The translations under genes and the position numbers were made by a program. Below the pieces are notes generated by a model. That model was given only the letters and a program-made list of their open reading frames with translations. It searched no databases and was not told where the DNA came from. From contig ML992510.1 in the NCBI GenBank assembly GCA_010093995.1, positions 1,243,339 to 1,271,306 on the forward strand: a stretch of DNA of 27,968 nucleotides, read 5' to 3'. The DNA comes from Elsinoe ampelina. Its lineage: Eukaryota. Below are positions 1 to 10,459 of this stretch, piece by piece. The number at the start of each line of letters is the position of its first letter. The stretch's first letter is position 1.

Positions 1-613
1 CAATCCGCACCAAACAATGGATGAAGCGACCACAATACGCACATTCACACAGCCATCGATCCCCGACTTGTCGCTTTTCATCAACAACGTTCGGTGCGGA
101 CCTTAATTACGATACCCACATAGACTTTTCACTGGGAGGGATGCATACACCACTGCGAACACACCATTCTTGTACAATCTGGTTTTTTTTTCTCATTTCT
201 GCTTTTCATGTGCGCCACTCGGCCGGAGAAGGATAACAGACCATCACTACCAAAGCTAGGGTGCAAGGTGTGTTGGTTCTGACCATGATATCCACCTGAC
301 CAGCCACGGGGTCAAGGGCCACGTTATCCGCGGCCGACCGAGGGTGGGCACGTCGTTCCATCAGCACACTCAGAAGGCTGCAAGGAGTTTTCTGGGGCAA
401 ACAGGAGTCTTGACGGTCGAGTCGTTTTCCAAAAGCTGCCCAAGTGGCCGGAGACGCAGTGCTCTCTCGCTAGCTAGCTAGATGCTTTAGTACCAAATGC
501 CAGTCGTGAATAGCGAGCGCGATAGACTTTTTGTTTCTCACTCTCATCAATTCTCTTTCATACCCTCGTCCTATGTACAACCCCTGCCTCGCCTACCTCC
601 CCTTGACAAAAGG

Positions 614-1792
614 CTAATGATTCCTCTCCACAATCTCCATGGCAAACCTCGCAAAGTCTTTTCCCTCTTCCACCTCCTCCCACAGATTCGGCTGCGTGAA
701 CACGGCCAACGTATTCCTCGCCACCCTCGCCCCCGCTCCCCCGGCCCCCGCCTTGACCCCCCTCACGAAATGGGGCACCGCGCGGAACTTGCCCCTCGTG
801 ATCACCTCCAGCGCCTCCCCCGTTTGGAACGCCAGACAGTCTCTCGGTATCGCGACCTTTGTGACGGCGCCGGAGCGGGAGTGGATGTACAGCCCTGCTT
901 TGGGGTCGGGGGAGCGGTCGAGTTCGTCGAGGGGAGGGAGGAGGAGGGGAGAGGACGAGGAAGAGGAAGAGGTGGGGACGGGTAAGGGCGTGGCGGGGCA
1001 CGCCGATTCGTCGATGAACATGGCGCTGGTCAGGCCGGTGAGGCAGCCGTGGTCGAGGTGGGTGGCGCACCAGTCGTCTTGGTCTTCCGGGCCGGAGGTT
1101 GTGTCTGCTTCGGTTGAAGGGGCGGTGGGGTCGGGGAAGTAGTGCAGGAGTCGGGCCTTGGTGGAGACACTGGTGCGGACTACGTGTTCGAGGTAGCCGG
1201 GGCGGTAGTCGGGGATGTTGGCTTGCGCGTAGAGGTCGCATGCTTTGGCTACGAGGACGGCGGTGGAAATGATGAGGTCGCAGAGGGAGTGGAAGGTGGT
1301 GTGGAAGCCCGGGAGGACTGAGTCGGAGGGCCAGACGTTGGGGGCGGTGTACTCTGGGAGGGAAGGGTAGAGGGTGCGGGCTTTAGTGGAGAGGGCGTCC
1401 GAGGTCACAGGGGAGGCGTAGTATGAGCCTTTGAGGGTGTCGTAGCGACCATCTTTGAGTGTCTCTTTGCCGCATGACCAGCCGACGAGGTAATGCGAGG
1501 TCTCGTCTTCGAGTTTGGCTAGCTCGGCAGCAGGGAGATTGGCGAGGTAGGAGGAGTATGACAAGAGGCGTTTCCGGAGATCGATGAATTGAGGAGCGAG
1601 GTCTTTGACGACGATGATACCGAGTGAGTCTGGTCCAAAGGCTTCCTCGAGTTTGGTAAAAGGAACGGTGCCTGGCATGGTCAGTATCTGCTATATCATT
1701 GAAGATGATCACTTACCATCTTCCAACTCCTTTGAGCTCAAAGTGACAGGCGACTGCGGATGGTTCGCCGCGCCATTGATCTGTACAGCCAT
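614..1792 (-). CDS. 2-oxoglutarate/Fe(II)-dependent dioxygenase (IPNS/clavaminate synthase-like fold), ~377 aa, 2 exons (1792-1717, 1671-614)
   Basis: The ORF carries an HxD...H facial triad (WCATHLDHGCLTGLT ... AVPHFV) and a downstream R (ARNTLAVFTQP). ATG at 1792 gives MAVQINGAANHPQSPVTLSSKELEDG. A 45-nt intron at 1716-1672 (GTAAGT...ACTGAC...CAG) joins it in frame to the tracked ORF. Confidence 0.85.
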
Positions 1793-2038
1793 TTCTAATA
1801 TCGTCCTTGACGTGGTATTTTCCTCAGACACTTCTGGCTACATACACTCACTTTCAGACCGGATAGAAGAAGATCAAGTCCACAATCAGAAACCCAGATT
1901 CTCTCCTCTCCCCCATCTCCGTCCCCTCCAAACCTCTCCCCGCCATCACTTTTCTCCTCTCATCGGATCTCGCCGACCTCCTCCCACCACACCTTCCGCA
2001 ACAATCACCACCTGACCTCCCCTCACCTTGCACCAGCG

Positions 2039-2911
2039 ATGGTCAAATCCCTCTCCTTCAAAGGCGACCCCAAGCCCAAAAAGCGCAAACGCGCCCCCTC
2101 CCCCTCCGCCGCTGCCGACTCCCTCTCCTCTGCCCCCGCCCAGGAAGCTCCCACTGAAGAAAACGACTGGGTCCTCGCCGACCACCCCTCTGAGGTCGCG
2201 GGCCCTGTCCTCCTCGTCTTCGCCTCCGCCTCGCCCACCACCTGCCTGGCCACCGACGCAAATGGGACAGTCTACGCTTCTGTAGTGGAGAATATCGTCG
2301 AGGGAAGCCCGGCGTCTGCGGAGCCGAGTGAGGTCAGGCAGGTGTGGGTTGCGAATTCTGTGGTAGGGTCAGGGGAGGTGAGTTTTAGGGGGAGTAATGG
2401 GCGGTATCTAGGGGTGGATAAGGAGGGGAGAGCGAGTGCGGTAAGGGAGGCGAGGGGGGTGGAGGAGGGGTTGGTGGTTGTGCCTACTCTTTCGGGGAGT
2501 GGTGGAGGAGATGAGGACGAGGAGGGGGACAAGGTGGAGAAGCAAGAGGAGGTGTTGGGGCTGGACACGAGTGCGGCTACGTTTCATCTGAAAACTTTCA
2601 AGGGCATGTACCTCGCTGCTGTGCCTTCGCCGTTGGATCCGGAGAAGATTCTGATACAGGCGAAAAAGGATAAGATGACAAAGGAGAGCGCGGTGGTGAT
2701 TAGGATGCAGGCCAAATTTAAGCCAAAGTTGGAGCAGGCGAAAAAGGACAAGGCGTATGAGAAGATTGGGAGGGCGCAGATCGAAAGGGAGGCAGGGAGG
2801 ACGCTGAATGATGACGAGGTGAAGAGGTTGAAGAAGGCGAGGAAGAGAGGTACGTATCATGAGGAGATGCTGGATGTGAGAGCAAAGGGCAAGCATGACA
2901 AATTTGCATGA
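2039..2911 (+). CDS. FRG1: FRG1-family protein (fascin-like/actin-crosslinking fold, spliceosome-associated), 290 aa
   Basis: N-terminal LSFKGDPKPKKRKR basic NLS, EPSEVRQVWVA, FRGSNGRYLGVD, IRMQAKFKPK and C-terminal LKKARKRGTYHEEMLDVRAKGKHDKFA all match the fungal FRG1 pattern. Single exon, divergent from the dioxygenase gene across ~250 bp. Confidence 0.88.
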   Translation: MVKSLSFKGDPKPKKRKRAPSPSAAADSLSSAPAQEAPTEENDWVLADHPSEVAGPVLLVFASASPTTCLATDANGTVYASVVENIVEGSPASAEPSEVRQVWVANSVVGSGEVSFRGSNGRYLGVDKEGRASAVREARGVEEGLVVVPTLSGSGGGDEDEEGDKVEKQEEVLGLDTSAATFHLKTFKGMYLAAVPSPLDPEKILIQAKKDKMTKESAVVIRMQAKFKPKLEQAKKDKAYEKIGRAQIEREAGRTLNDDEVKRLKKARKRGTYHEEMLDVRAKGKHDKFA

Positions 2912-3095
2912 TCGCAAGACAACGAGGTACACGAATGATATACGATACCCCGTCTTGCTTTGTCAGGATCAGAGCAAGACAATGAAAGCTTCAACATGAT
3001 CGATTCATGTGTGGTTTTGGAGAAGAAAGTGCCATGTGGCTGTACTATACATATTCAGCTGGGCTGGTAGTCTATCCCTTCCATGCAATGCGCAT

Positions 3096-6000
3096 CTACT
3101 CGGCTGTGGTATCCATCTGACTATTCCGTCTCCTGTTCTTTAGTGCATCTCGCACATCGTCCGCCGCACTCTTCTCTGCCACTTGCGCCTGAGGGGCCTG
3201 CTGAGAGCCATTCTCCTTCGCTTGATCTTTGCCGCCATCTGTATTCTTCCGCTTCTGCTTCCCTGCCTTCTCCTTCTTCTCGTTGTTTTGCCCTTGTGCC
3301 TCGGCCCATTTGTTCTTGCCCTTGCCCTTCTCCTTGGCCTTTCGCTCGAGCTCTTCTCTTTCCCTCGTCCTCTCTTCAGCCCTCTTGCGCTCTTCACCCT
3401 CATACAATGCAAGCAAAGCAGGAACGTACTTCTCCATCTTGGCAATGTCCCCGACCTTGACACGCATGTAGTCGAACGCTATGCAGACCTTCATGTCTTT
3501 GTTCGCGTGCAGCTTGAACGTAGCTTTGCCCACTTTTCCCTCATCCTCGGCATCTTCGTCAGCAGCAGTCGGCGCAGCCACGTCGTCGCCGTCATCATCT
3601 ACGTCGTCTTCAAGAACCTTCTCTTCCGCTCGCGCATCTGGACCATCCTCATACTCCAGAACGGGTACCTTGGCGTATCTCTGGCTGAAATGCGTCAACA
3701 CGACCGCTTTGGCGCCCATCTGCGCTCCAACCATCAACGCCTCTCCGGTAGTGCTGTGACGTTTCGCAATAGCGTCATTCTTCAGCTCGTCGTCGAAAGT
3801 GGCCTCGTGTACCAGGACTGTGCTGCCCTTGCCCATCTCAACAAATCTGCCTGATGGTCTGCAATCACCCGAGTAGCTGAGCTTGAAGCCGGATGGTAAA
3901 GTAACAGACACAGCCATCGCGTTGTTACAGTGACGGACGTGACAGGCTTGAACATCTGCGAAGCCGAGAGAGAAGGGGGCGAGGCGTGTACGAATGCGTT
4001 GGATGCGTGGACTGAGTGGTGGCTCGTCGCTCGGCAGCGCAGGAGGAACGAACCAGTTCAGTAAGGTGGCGCGATCGAGGTCACCTGATGCCGGTGTGAC
4101 GGCTATGGGAACGACGTGAGAATAACCAAAGTCTTCGAGTTGAGAGTACTCGAACAGCCAGTGTAGCATGGCCGAGTCGGACATGACGATGAGCTGAGGC
4201 GAGCGATTCAGGTGCATGACAGGGTTGAATAGTGGTGAGGCTGGATTGAGCGATGCTGCTGGAACCGAGTTGTGCACGGTTTGATACCAGGTCTTGATGA
4301 CTGATGCAGTACCAAGGTGATGGTCAGCGTGTAGATGGGAGATCCATATGCATCTCAGATCTCGCATGACAGCAGCAAATTCATCTGGCGAGTAGACACG
4401 TCGCAGTTGTCCAACTGTGTTTTCGCCAGCATCGAGCAAGATGCTGCCCCAACCAGGCACGCGAACCAGAGTACCTGATACGTTGCGGTACTTGGACGGT
4501 AGTGCAGAGCCCGTGCCGATAGTGATAACCTCAGCGTTCGGATCGACGACTTTTGACATCCAGTCATTCAAGGCGGATTGGTCTTCGAGCATGGCAGCCT
4601 CGGCTTTGTCAGCCTCAACTCTAGCCTCTGGGACTACATTGTCGAGCACGGTGTCAACGTCAAGCTGCACGTTCACTTGATCATTGATGAGCTTGTTTGT
4701 AGGTTCCAGCTGGAAGATTTGTCCGCGGTCGGCCAAGGTGACGTGCTGAGGTAAAGCTTGAGACTTGCTGGCTTCGACAATATGCGGCACTCTGTATCGG
4801 ACTGGGTCTATAGCGGACAGCTTGATAGTCGCAGACGCCGCAGAGTCGAAACTGAACCTGTCCTGGCTTATTCCTGGCGCCGCAACCATATGCTGTAGGC
4901 CAGACTTGCTGGAAATGAATTCCTGTAGGGTTGCATCCTCAAAGACATCCTTTCCCAAGATCCAGCAATATGCGCCAACGCCATCGATAATATCCGAAGG
5001 TAGACTGCTGACTTGATCGAGGAAAGGCTGTACATAGTCCCTTGACGGTAGATCTGCGACGAAGAATCCTGTGGCATCTTTAGGAGGCTCCAAGACCATG
5101 TCAGGGGTGATTGTATCGCCCTTGTCGTTCTGCAAGGACTCTCCCATTGTCAATGTGCTCCACTTTGACTTGTCCTTGAGTCCCAACTCCAAAGCCTTCT
5201 TCGGATCGAATTTGCCTCGTTGCGGGTAAGTTCGGACAATGTAAGAGATTGAATCCTTTGCAGGCGGTGGCGCTGGCAGGCGCTCGGATAAGACAGCACC
5301 GGGCCAAGGTGACCGTATCAAGACCTTTTCCTTCGGATCGCAGCCAGGTTGACCAGGTAATGGACCAGTGTAATTTTCAATCTTTTTAGTCACTGGGTTT
5401 CGGACAAAGATCTTGGCTGGTAGCTTCACCTCATCGAGTGGGCATGAGAAGAGACGATCAATACGCCAATCAGAGCTGAACATCTCAAAGACGACCTTGC
5501 GCGCAAGCTCAAGGACTGATTCTGGCTCATGAAGACTGCTTGTCGTGGTCTCGTTTGGCTGAACATCTTGCATCTCTTCATGACTTCGTTTCCTTTCATT
5601 GCGTGGAGTCTCGTTACCTGAAGTGGGAGCAGTATGAAGGCCCCAGACACGGATGAAATCATCCTTGAACAGAAATGTAGCAGGTCCAGTCTCGGCAGTG
5701 TTTCGTTCAGCTGAAAGGGCAGGTACCTCGTGCGCACTCAGTGGCATGCCGGTCCGGAAGATGAACCTTCTTGCTGTCGCAAGCATGTAATTAAGTCCAC
5801 CAGGGCCATAGATGGTCAAACTTTGCCTCTCCTTGTTCAGCTTCTGCAGATACACAGCTTGTTTGCGATCGTACTCCTCCCTGGTGAGGTCATCCTGCTT
5901 GGATTTGCCGAAGACCTTTGCCCGTATCTGTTCTGCGGCGGCAGCGGTGGCGGAAGAGACACCATCTGCCAGCACTAGTACAAGTCCAAGCAGACCGCCA

Positions 6001-6197
6001 ATATTGGACCACTCCGTCCGACCTGATATGAAGACTTCTGAGATCTTGAGGACTTTTGCCCCTTGCTGTATAGCGGCTCTTTGCAGACCCTCGCCAGCAC
6101 TCCCAAATAGATATCTCTTGCGATCAAAGTGAACCAGAAGTGTGGTGCCGCGAGTGTCTGACGTGGGCGTCGTCAGATACTGGAGGAAGGACTTCAT
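3096..6197 (-). CDS. TRZ1: tRNase Z long form (ribonuclease Z, ELAC2/Trz1 orthologue), 1033 aa from the first in-frame ATG
   Basis: Motifs GTGSALPSKYRN (PxKxRN loop), LLDAGE, HLHADHHLG (HxHxDH), YSGDCRP, HEATF, HST and THFSQRY are present. The N-terminal half has the pseudo-motifs YLFGSAGEGLQR and RGKFDPKKA. The tracked start at 6509 is TTG; the first in-frame ATG is at 6197 (MKSFLQY). Confidence 0.95.
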   Translation of the reverse strand: MKSFLQYLTTPTSDTRGTTLLVHFDRKRYLFGSAGEGLQRAAIQQGAKVLKISEVFISGRTEWSNIGGLLGLVLVLADGVSSATAAAAEQIRAKVFGKSKQDDLTREEYDRKQAVYLQKLNKERQSLTIYGPGGLNYMLATARRFIFRTGMPLSAHEVPALSAERNTAETGPATFLFKDDFIRVWGLHTAPTSGNETPRNERKRSHEEMQDVQPNETTTSSLHEPESVLELARKVVFEMFSSDWRIDRLFSCPLDEVKLPAKIFVRNPVTKKIENYTGPLPGQPGCDPKEKVLIRSPWPGAVLSERLPAPPPAKDSISYIVRTYPQRGKFDPKKALELGLKDKSKWSTLTMGESLQNDKGDTITPDMVLEPPKDATGFFVADLPSRDYVQPFLDQVSSLPSDIIDGVGAYCWILGKDVFEDATLQEFISSKSGLQHMVAAPGISQDRFSFDSAASATIKLSAIDPVRYRVPHIVEASKSQALPQHVTLADRGQIFQLEPTNKLINDQVNVQLDVDTVLDNVVPEARVEADKAEAAMLEDQSALNDWMSKVVDPNAEVITIGTGSALPSKYRNVSGTLVRVPGWGSILLDAGENTVGQLRRVYSPDEFAAVMRDLRCIWISHLHADHHLGTASVIKTWYQTVHNSVPAASLNPASPLFNPVMHLNRSPQLIVMSDSAMLHWLFEYSQLEDFGYSHVVPIAVTPASGDLDRATLLNWFVPPALPSDEPPLSPRIQRIRTRLAPFSLGFADVQACHVRHCNNAMAVSVTLPSGFKLSYSGDCRPSGRFVEMGKGSTVLVHEATFDDELKNDAIAKRHSTTGEALMVGAQMGAKAVVLTHFSQRYAKVPVLEYEDGPDARAEEKVLEDDVDDDGDDVAAPTAADEDAEDEGKVGKATFKLHANKDMKVCIAFDYMRVKVGDIAKMEKYVPALLALYEGEERKRAEERTREREELERKAKEKGKGKNKWAEAQGQNNEKKEKAGKQKRKNTDGGKDQAKENGSQQAPQAQVAEKSAADDVRDALKNRRRNSQMDTTAE

Positions 6198-6718
6198 TGG
6201 TGTGGCCCTTACTCCTCCCTTGCCTAGCAGTCTTCTTCTGTCTCGCCCTCCAGGTTCAAGGTCATGTATCCTCGAAGTCTCTCCGGTATGCTTGTAGCGG
6301 ATAAAGAAGCATAGGTGAGTAGTCCGACGGGAGTGGTTAAGACGGAGTCGCAGCCAGGGCGAAATGCTAGATGGCCGAGCAATCGTGGCGGAGGCAAAGC
6401 GGAGACGAGGAGGAGCCAACGTGCGGAGCAGACACGCGCATAAGTGTATATGGTGAGCAGGGCTAGGCTGGAAGTAGTCTGACAAGGGGAAATCGTTGAG
6501 TTGTGGCAATGGTCGAGCAGTGGTTGATCAAGAAGAAATTATTTTGTGAGGTCTTGAAGCTCTTGTCACTTGAGTCAAAATTGCGGAGAGGTTCACTTCA
6601 GATCAACGAAGAAGCTATACTGTATAGTGTCTCTTCTCCTTTGAAACCATCAAACATGGAGCAAATGCTAGATAAGGGATCGATCAAGGATTTACATCCC
6701 GCCGTGATACATCTTAAC

Positions 6719-7579
6719 TCAGAAATGCGGCCAGAAAGAAGCCCAGCGCACATCTTGATATGCCGCCGCTGGCAGGGACGCCATGCTGGAAAATGACACA
6801 ACCACCACATACATGCTTGCCGGAACAAAAAAGAGCAAGCATTGAGGCCATGAGAGCTTATAGCAGCCACCAGATTCGAGCCCCTTGAAGGCATACTTCT
6901 CGCGCCAGCAAACATATACCTCGGCGGTCCCGTAAACGCACAATAGCCCCCAGACAGCAAGACAACTAGCTCGCCAAAGATGCTTCTCCCATGAGGTGGC
7001 GAACTCAAAATTCCAGCCTGCCAGGTGAATGCTTGCGAAGGCGGCTGTCCCGATGGCCAGAATGATGTGGTCCTTCAGACAATTCGCTTGCGGATCTCTA
7101 TCGTTTGGGATCCTAGCCAATGGTCTCGCCTGCAGACCGACCCGACAAATCAGTCTCAGTAGTCGTTTGCTCCATCGACTGGACATGTAGGCATTTGGTT
7201 CGACAAAATCAAGTGGCGTATCAGACCAAGGTTCCTTGGCCGCCTCGCCGGCATTGCACAAGATATCTACTGTGGTATATCTTGTGGTGAGTACGATTGG
7301 TGAGTTGACATCCAGCGGTTTGTGCCACCAGATCAGCAGAGTAGTCAGCGCAGCCGCGGTCATAGCAATCGTCGACAGCTCGAAGGGCGTGATCGGTAAG
7401 TCCTCTGCAGCTCGACCCAGCGTTTGTACGAGCAGCCACCTGGTCTGCAGTATTGCAAGAAATTTTGTCATGCCATCCGCCTTGCTCTTGTCCCATATTC
7501 CTTTCTTTGTTGTTTGTGGCAGCTCGATGCTTCCCTGTTGCACGAGATAGGCAAGCTGTTTGGCCGAGATTGGGACCTT
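6719..7579 (-). pseudogene. 5'-truncated copy of a fungal multi-pass membrane protein family of unknown function
   Basis: Motifs IWDKSKADGMTKFLAILQTRWLLVQ, LPITPFELSTIA, WWHKPLDV, IHLAGWNFEF...EKHLWR and LPAAAYQDVRWASFWPHF resemble a widespread fungal hypothetical family (recognised from memory). The frame is closed upstream by TGA at 7582-7580. No in-frame ATG precedes the conserved part, and only ~100 bp remain before the divergent gene. Confidence 0.6.
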
Positions 7580-7680
7580 TCATCTATCTAAGCGCCAACT
7601 GTGCCACTCATCACGACGCCTTTTTCCTCATGTCAGGATGACTTGCCCTTCCATACTACACTGCTGTTCCGAGACAAAAG

Positions 7681-8929
7681 ATGTGGTATCAAGCAGCTTC
7701 AATTCTCATATTTCTTTTCGTGCAACGATGGCTACGATACAGTCGGCGGGATGCCGCCTTCAAGAAGTTTCCACGGCGAGACAGCTATCCCTCAATGACC
7801 CTCGACGAGGCCTACGGACTTCAGCGACAGCTGGCTGAACTTGAGTTCCCGACCATCTTCTCGGGTTCGGTCTTCTTTGCGTTATTCAAGGTGAGCTTCT
7901 GTGCTCTAATTGAAGACAAGCACTGACGGATCGCAGACTTATGGGATCCCTTCGATATCGAAGCTACTGGTGGCGACAGGGCAGTTGGCCAACGAGACGA
8001 CTGCATCCAAGCGAGCGGCTGATACCGGTGTCATCCTTACGGAAGTTGTTTTGCATCATCCCGCAAATCCTCGAGCCATCGATGGCATAGCTCGCATGAA
8101 CTATCTCCACAACCGATACCGCAAAGCAGGCAAGATCTCCGACGAGGACATGCTCTATACCCTCAGCCTTTTTGTCCTTGAACCGATCCGCTGGACAAGC
8201 AGATTCGAGTGGCGTGAGGTCTCCGAAGTGGAACGCTGCGCCATGGGCGTCTACTGGTGCTGGATGGGAGAGGCAATGGAGATCCCAGCCACTCCACTTC
8301 CATCAGCCAAATCAGGATGGAAAGACGGACTGCACTTCCTGGACGAGCTGGAACATTGGAGTCGACAGTACGAAGCCAAGCACATGGTCCCAGCGGCCTC
8401 TAACCAAGCCGTGGCAAAAGGCACCATCAACATCGCCCTCACCAATGTACCCAGATTCCTACACGGTTTTGCGACCGACATGGTCAACGCCCTCTTGGAA
8501 CCAAGGTTGAGGACGGCGATGAAGTTTCCCGACCCTTCCCCTCAAGCAGCTCTGTTACTTCAGGTTGCGATGACCACACGGCAACTGGTGATCAGACATG
8601 TCTTTCTCCCACGACCGTATTTCATGCGCAAGAGATGGTTCACCGACGAACTCAATGCCGAAGGAAAGATACATTCCGTCCAGTTCGTGGCTCATCCTTG
8701 GTATGTCAAGCCAACACAGTCATGGCGATGGAGTCTAAAGGGAGTGTTACTTCGACTGGCAGGAGGCAAAGTACCGGGTGACGACGGGGACAAGTACCAA
8801 CCAGAAGGGTACAAGATTCCCGACCTTGGACCGGAGACGCTTGTGGGTAAGGGTCACGAGGAGATGAATGCACAGCGTATAAGGATAGGCAAGAATCAGC
8901 GCCTTGGGTGTCCATTCTCGAGATGGTAG
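7681..8929 (+). CDS. MpaB/MpaB'-like ER-bound oxygenase (DUF2236 / rubber-oxygenase-like), 400 aa, 2 exons (7681-7890, 7937-8929)
   Basis: N-terminal hydrophobic anchor (MWYQAASILIFLFVQRWLRY), then LEFP...FALFK|TYGIPSISKLLVATGQL, KRAADTGVILTE, IARMNYLHNRY, DMLYTLSLF, PWYVKPT and C-terminal GCPF. A 46-nt intron at 7891-7936 (GTGAGC...ACTGAC...CAG) joins two tracked ORFs in phase 0. Confidence 0.88.
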
Positions 8930-9133
8930 TTGGAGCAAACAATCTATTCGAGTGGGAAACATGTGAACCGAAGAAACTGTCTCTGGTCTGAAAATATGTC
9001 CTAATTCGCTAACTATCTAAACATGGTATGATGAGCGTGACCGCGAGCCTCCCATTCCCCAACCCATAATATTACTCCTCATGACATCGTAAGTTTATGC
9101 ATTGGACAAGCATCATCTGCATGGGCCAGCCAT

Positions 9134-10459
9134 TTAGAAGTAGCTGCCCTGGCGGTTCTGCCTGGCGACGTCCATGGCAATGTCAAGTTGGGAGGGACCT
9201 TGAGGGAATGACTGGGCGTTGAAGATCTGGGGTTGAGAAAAGTCAAAGTTCATGTTCTGCTGGGAAGGAACGGCGTTGTTGATGTTGAGCATGGAAAGGT
9301 CGACGGGGGCTTCGGGCATCATGTTTCTGGTCGGCTTCGACATCTGTTGGGGGATCTCCTGCTGGGCATTCGACTGGCCACGACGGTTGTTGAGCTGAGC
9401 TTGGGATGCAATGAAGGCAGGGTCCTTTGAGATGTCTTCAATGAAGGGAGTGAAGGAAGGGTGGCGGAGGAGGGTCTGGATGAGAGCACGGTAGCGCGCG
9501 TTCTCCTCGGCGAGCTGGTCGTTGGTGTTCTTGAGGACAGTATTCTCCTGAGCCTTGACGGCTACCTCGCCTTCGAGCTGACCAATGTATTCTGGCTAAC
9601 GTTAGTATGATTACAACCATTCGGGGACGATGTACTGACCTTTTCTCCTCGAACGGAAAGCACGAGCAGAGACCTTGTTGCGGAGCTGGCGACGTTCCTT
9701 GCTGCTGAGCTTCTTGCCCTCCTCGGAAGCCAGCAGACGCTCGTCCTCGTCCATCTCCTCCTCGGCCTTCTTCATGCGGGACATGCTGGAGCCGTTCAGA
9801 CTGGCGGTGTCGTCCTCGGCGATGGATGAGAGTGCGCTGCCTTGACGCATTTGGTTGAGCAGGCGGGAGATGCTCTCCTCGGTGTGGGGATCGTTGGGCT
9901 GGGGGGCACGACCCTTACCCTTGTTGTTCTGAGGTTGCTGCTGTTGCTGTTGAGCCTTTGCAAGGGCGGCTTGTTGGTGCATGCCGGGCCAGAGACGACC
10001 GACATCACTTTGTGGTTCCTCATAGCCGTCGAGTTGGGTTGGGTCGACAAAGTTGTTCTTGAACATTGCCTGGTTATTGAAGTCCATGCTCATGTCTGCG
10101 TCCATGTCGACACCTGAATTCCAGCCCATGCCAAAGCTGCTCTCATCAATGCCGGAGTTGAAGCCACCCATGTTGAACCCATCAGGCATTGGCTGGTTCA
10201 GGGCGGAGAGGTCGACACCGACGCCAGTCTGCTGTGGGAAGCGGTCGTATTCGTGCGATGGGCCGGCGAAGATCTGGCCGTCCTCTTCAGAGTAGACCTG
10301 TGCGGCAACGTTTGACGGACCTGCTCTTGCGGATGTTCGTGATGACGCACGTGGGGAGAATGTGGTGCCTTGGTTGAAGTCGAAGAGGTTGTCCATGTCC
10401 AAGTCGGACTTGAACATGTTCGGGGTGACACCCCTTTGGGCGAACTGTGCGGTAGCCAT
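9134..10459 (-). CDS. Fungal bZIP transcription factor (LziP-like), 425 aa, 2 exons (10459-9640, 9591-9134)
   Basis: Basic region EEGKKLSSKERRQLRNKVSARAFRSRRK continues as EYIGQLEGEVAVKAQENTVLKNTNDQLAEENARYRALIQTLL (leucine zipper) after removing a 48-nt intron at 9639-9592 (GTCAGT...ACTAAC...CAG). Exon 2 runs in frame into the tracked ORF ending QNRQGSYF*. Confidence 0.92.

Noticed and set aside
1..500. Short ORFs, T-run and (GCTA)3 at the window start
   Set aside because: No motif, splice pattern or tRNA-like structure could be supported; treated as intergenic.
497..6132. Numerous overlapping and antisense ORFs (e.g. 558-1241, 639-1142, 2408-2932, 3183-3854)
   Set aside because: They are shadows of real GC-rich genes, low-complexity, often with non-ATG starts and no recognisable motifs.
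7681..8929. Mycophenolic-acid or other secondary-metabolite gene cluster around the MpaB-like gene
   Set aside because: No PKS, prenyltransferase, IMPDH, methyltransferase or P450 in the window. Neighbours are housekeeping genes, and stand-alone DUF2236 homologues are common.
9134..10459. HAC1/XBP1-type unconventional splicing of the bZIP
   Set aside because: The intron is a normal GT-AG intron with a CTAAC branch point, and the basic region is not Hac1-like.
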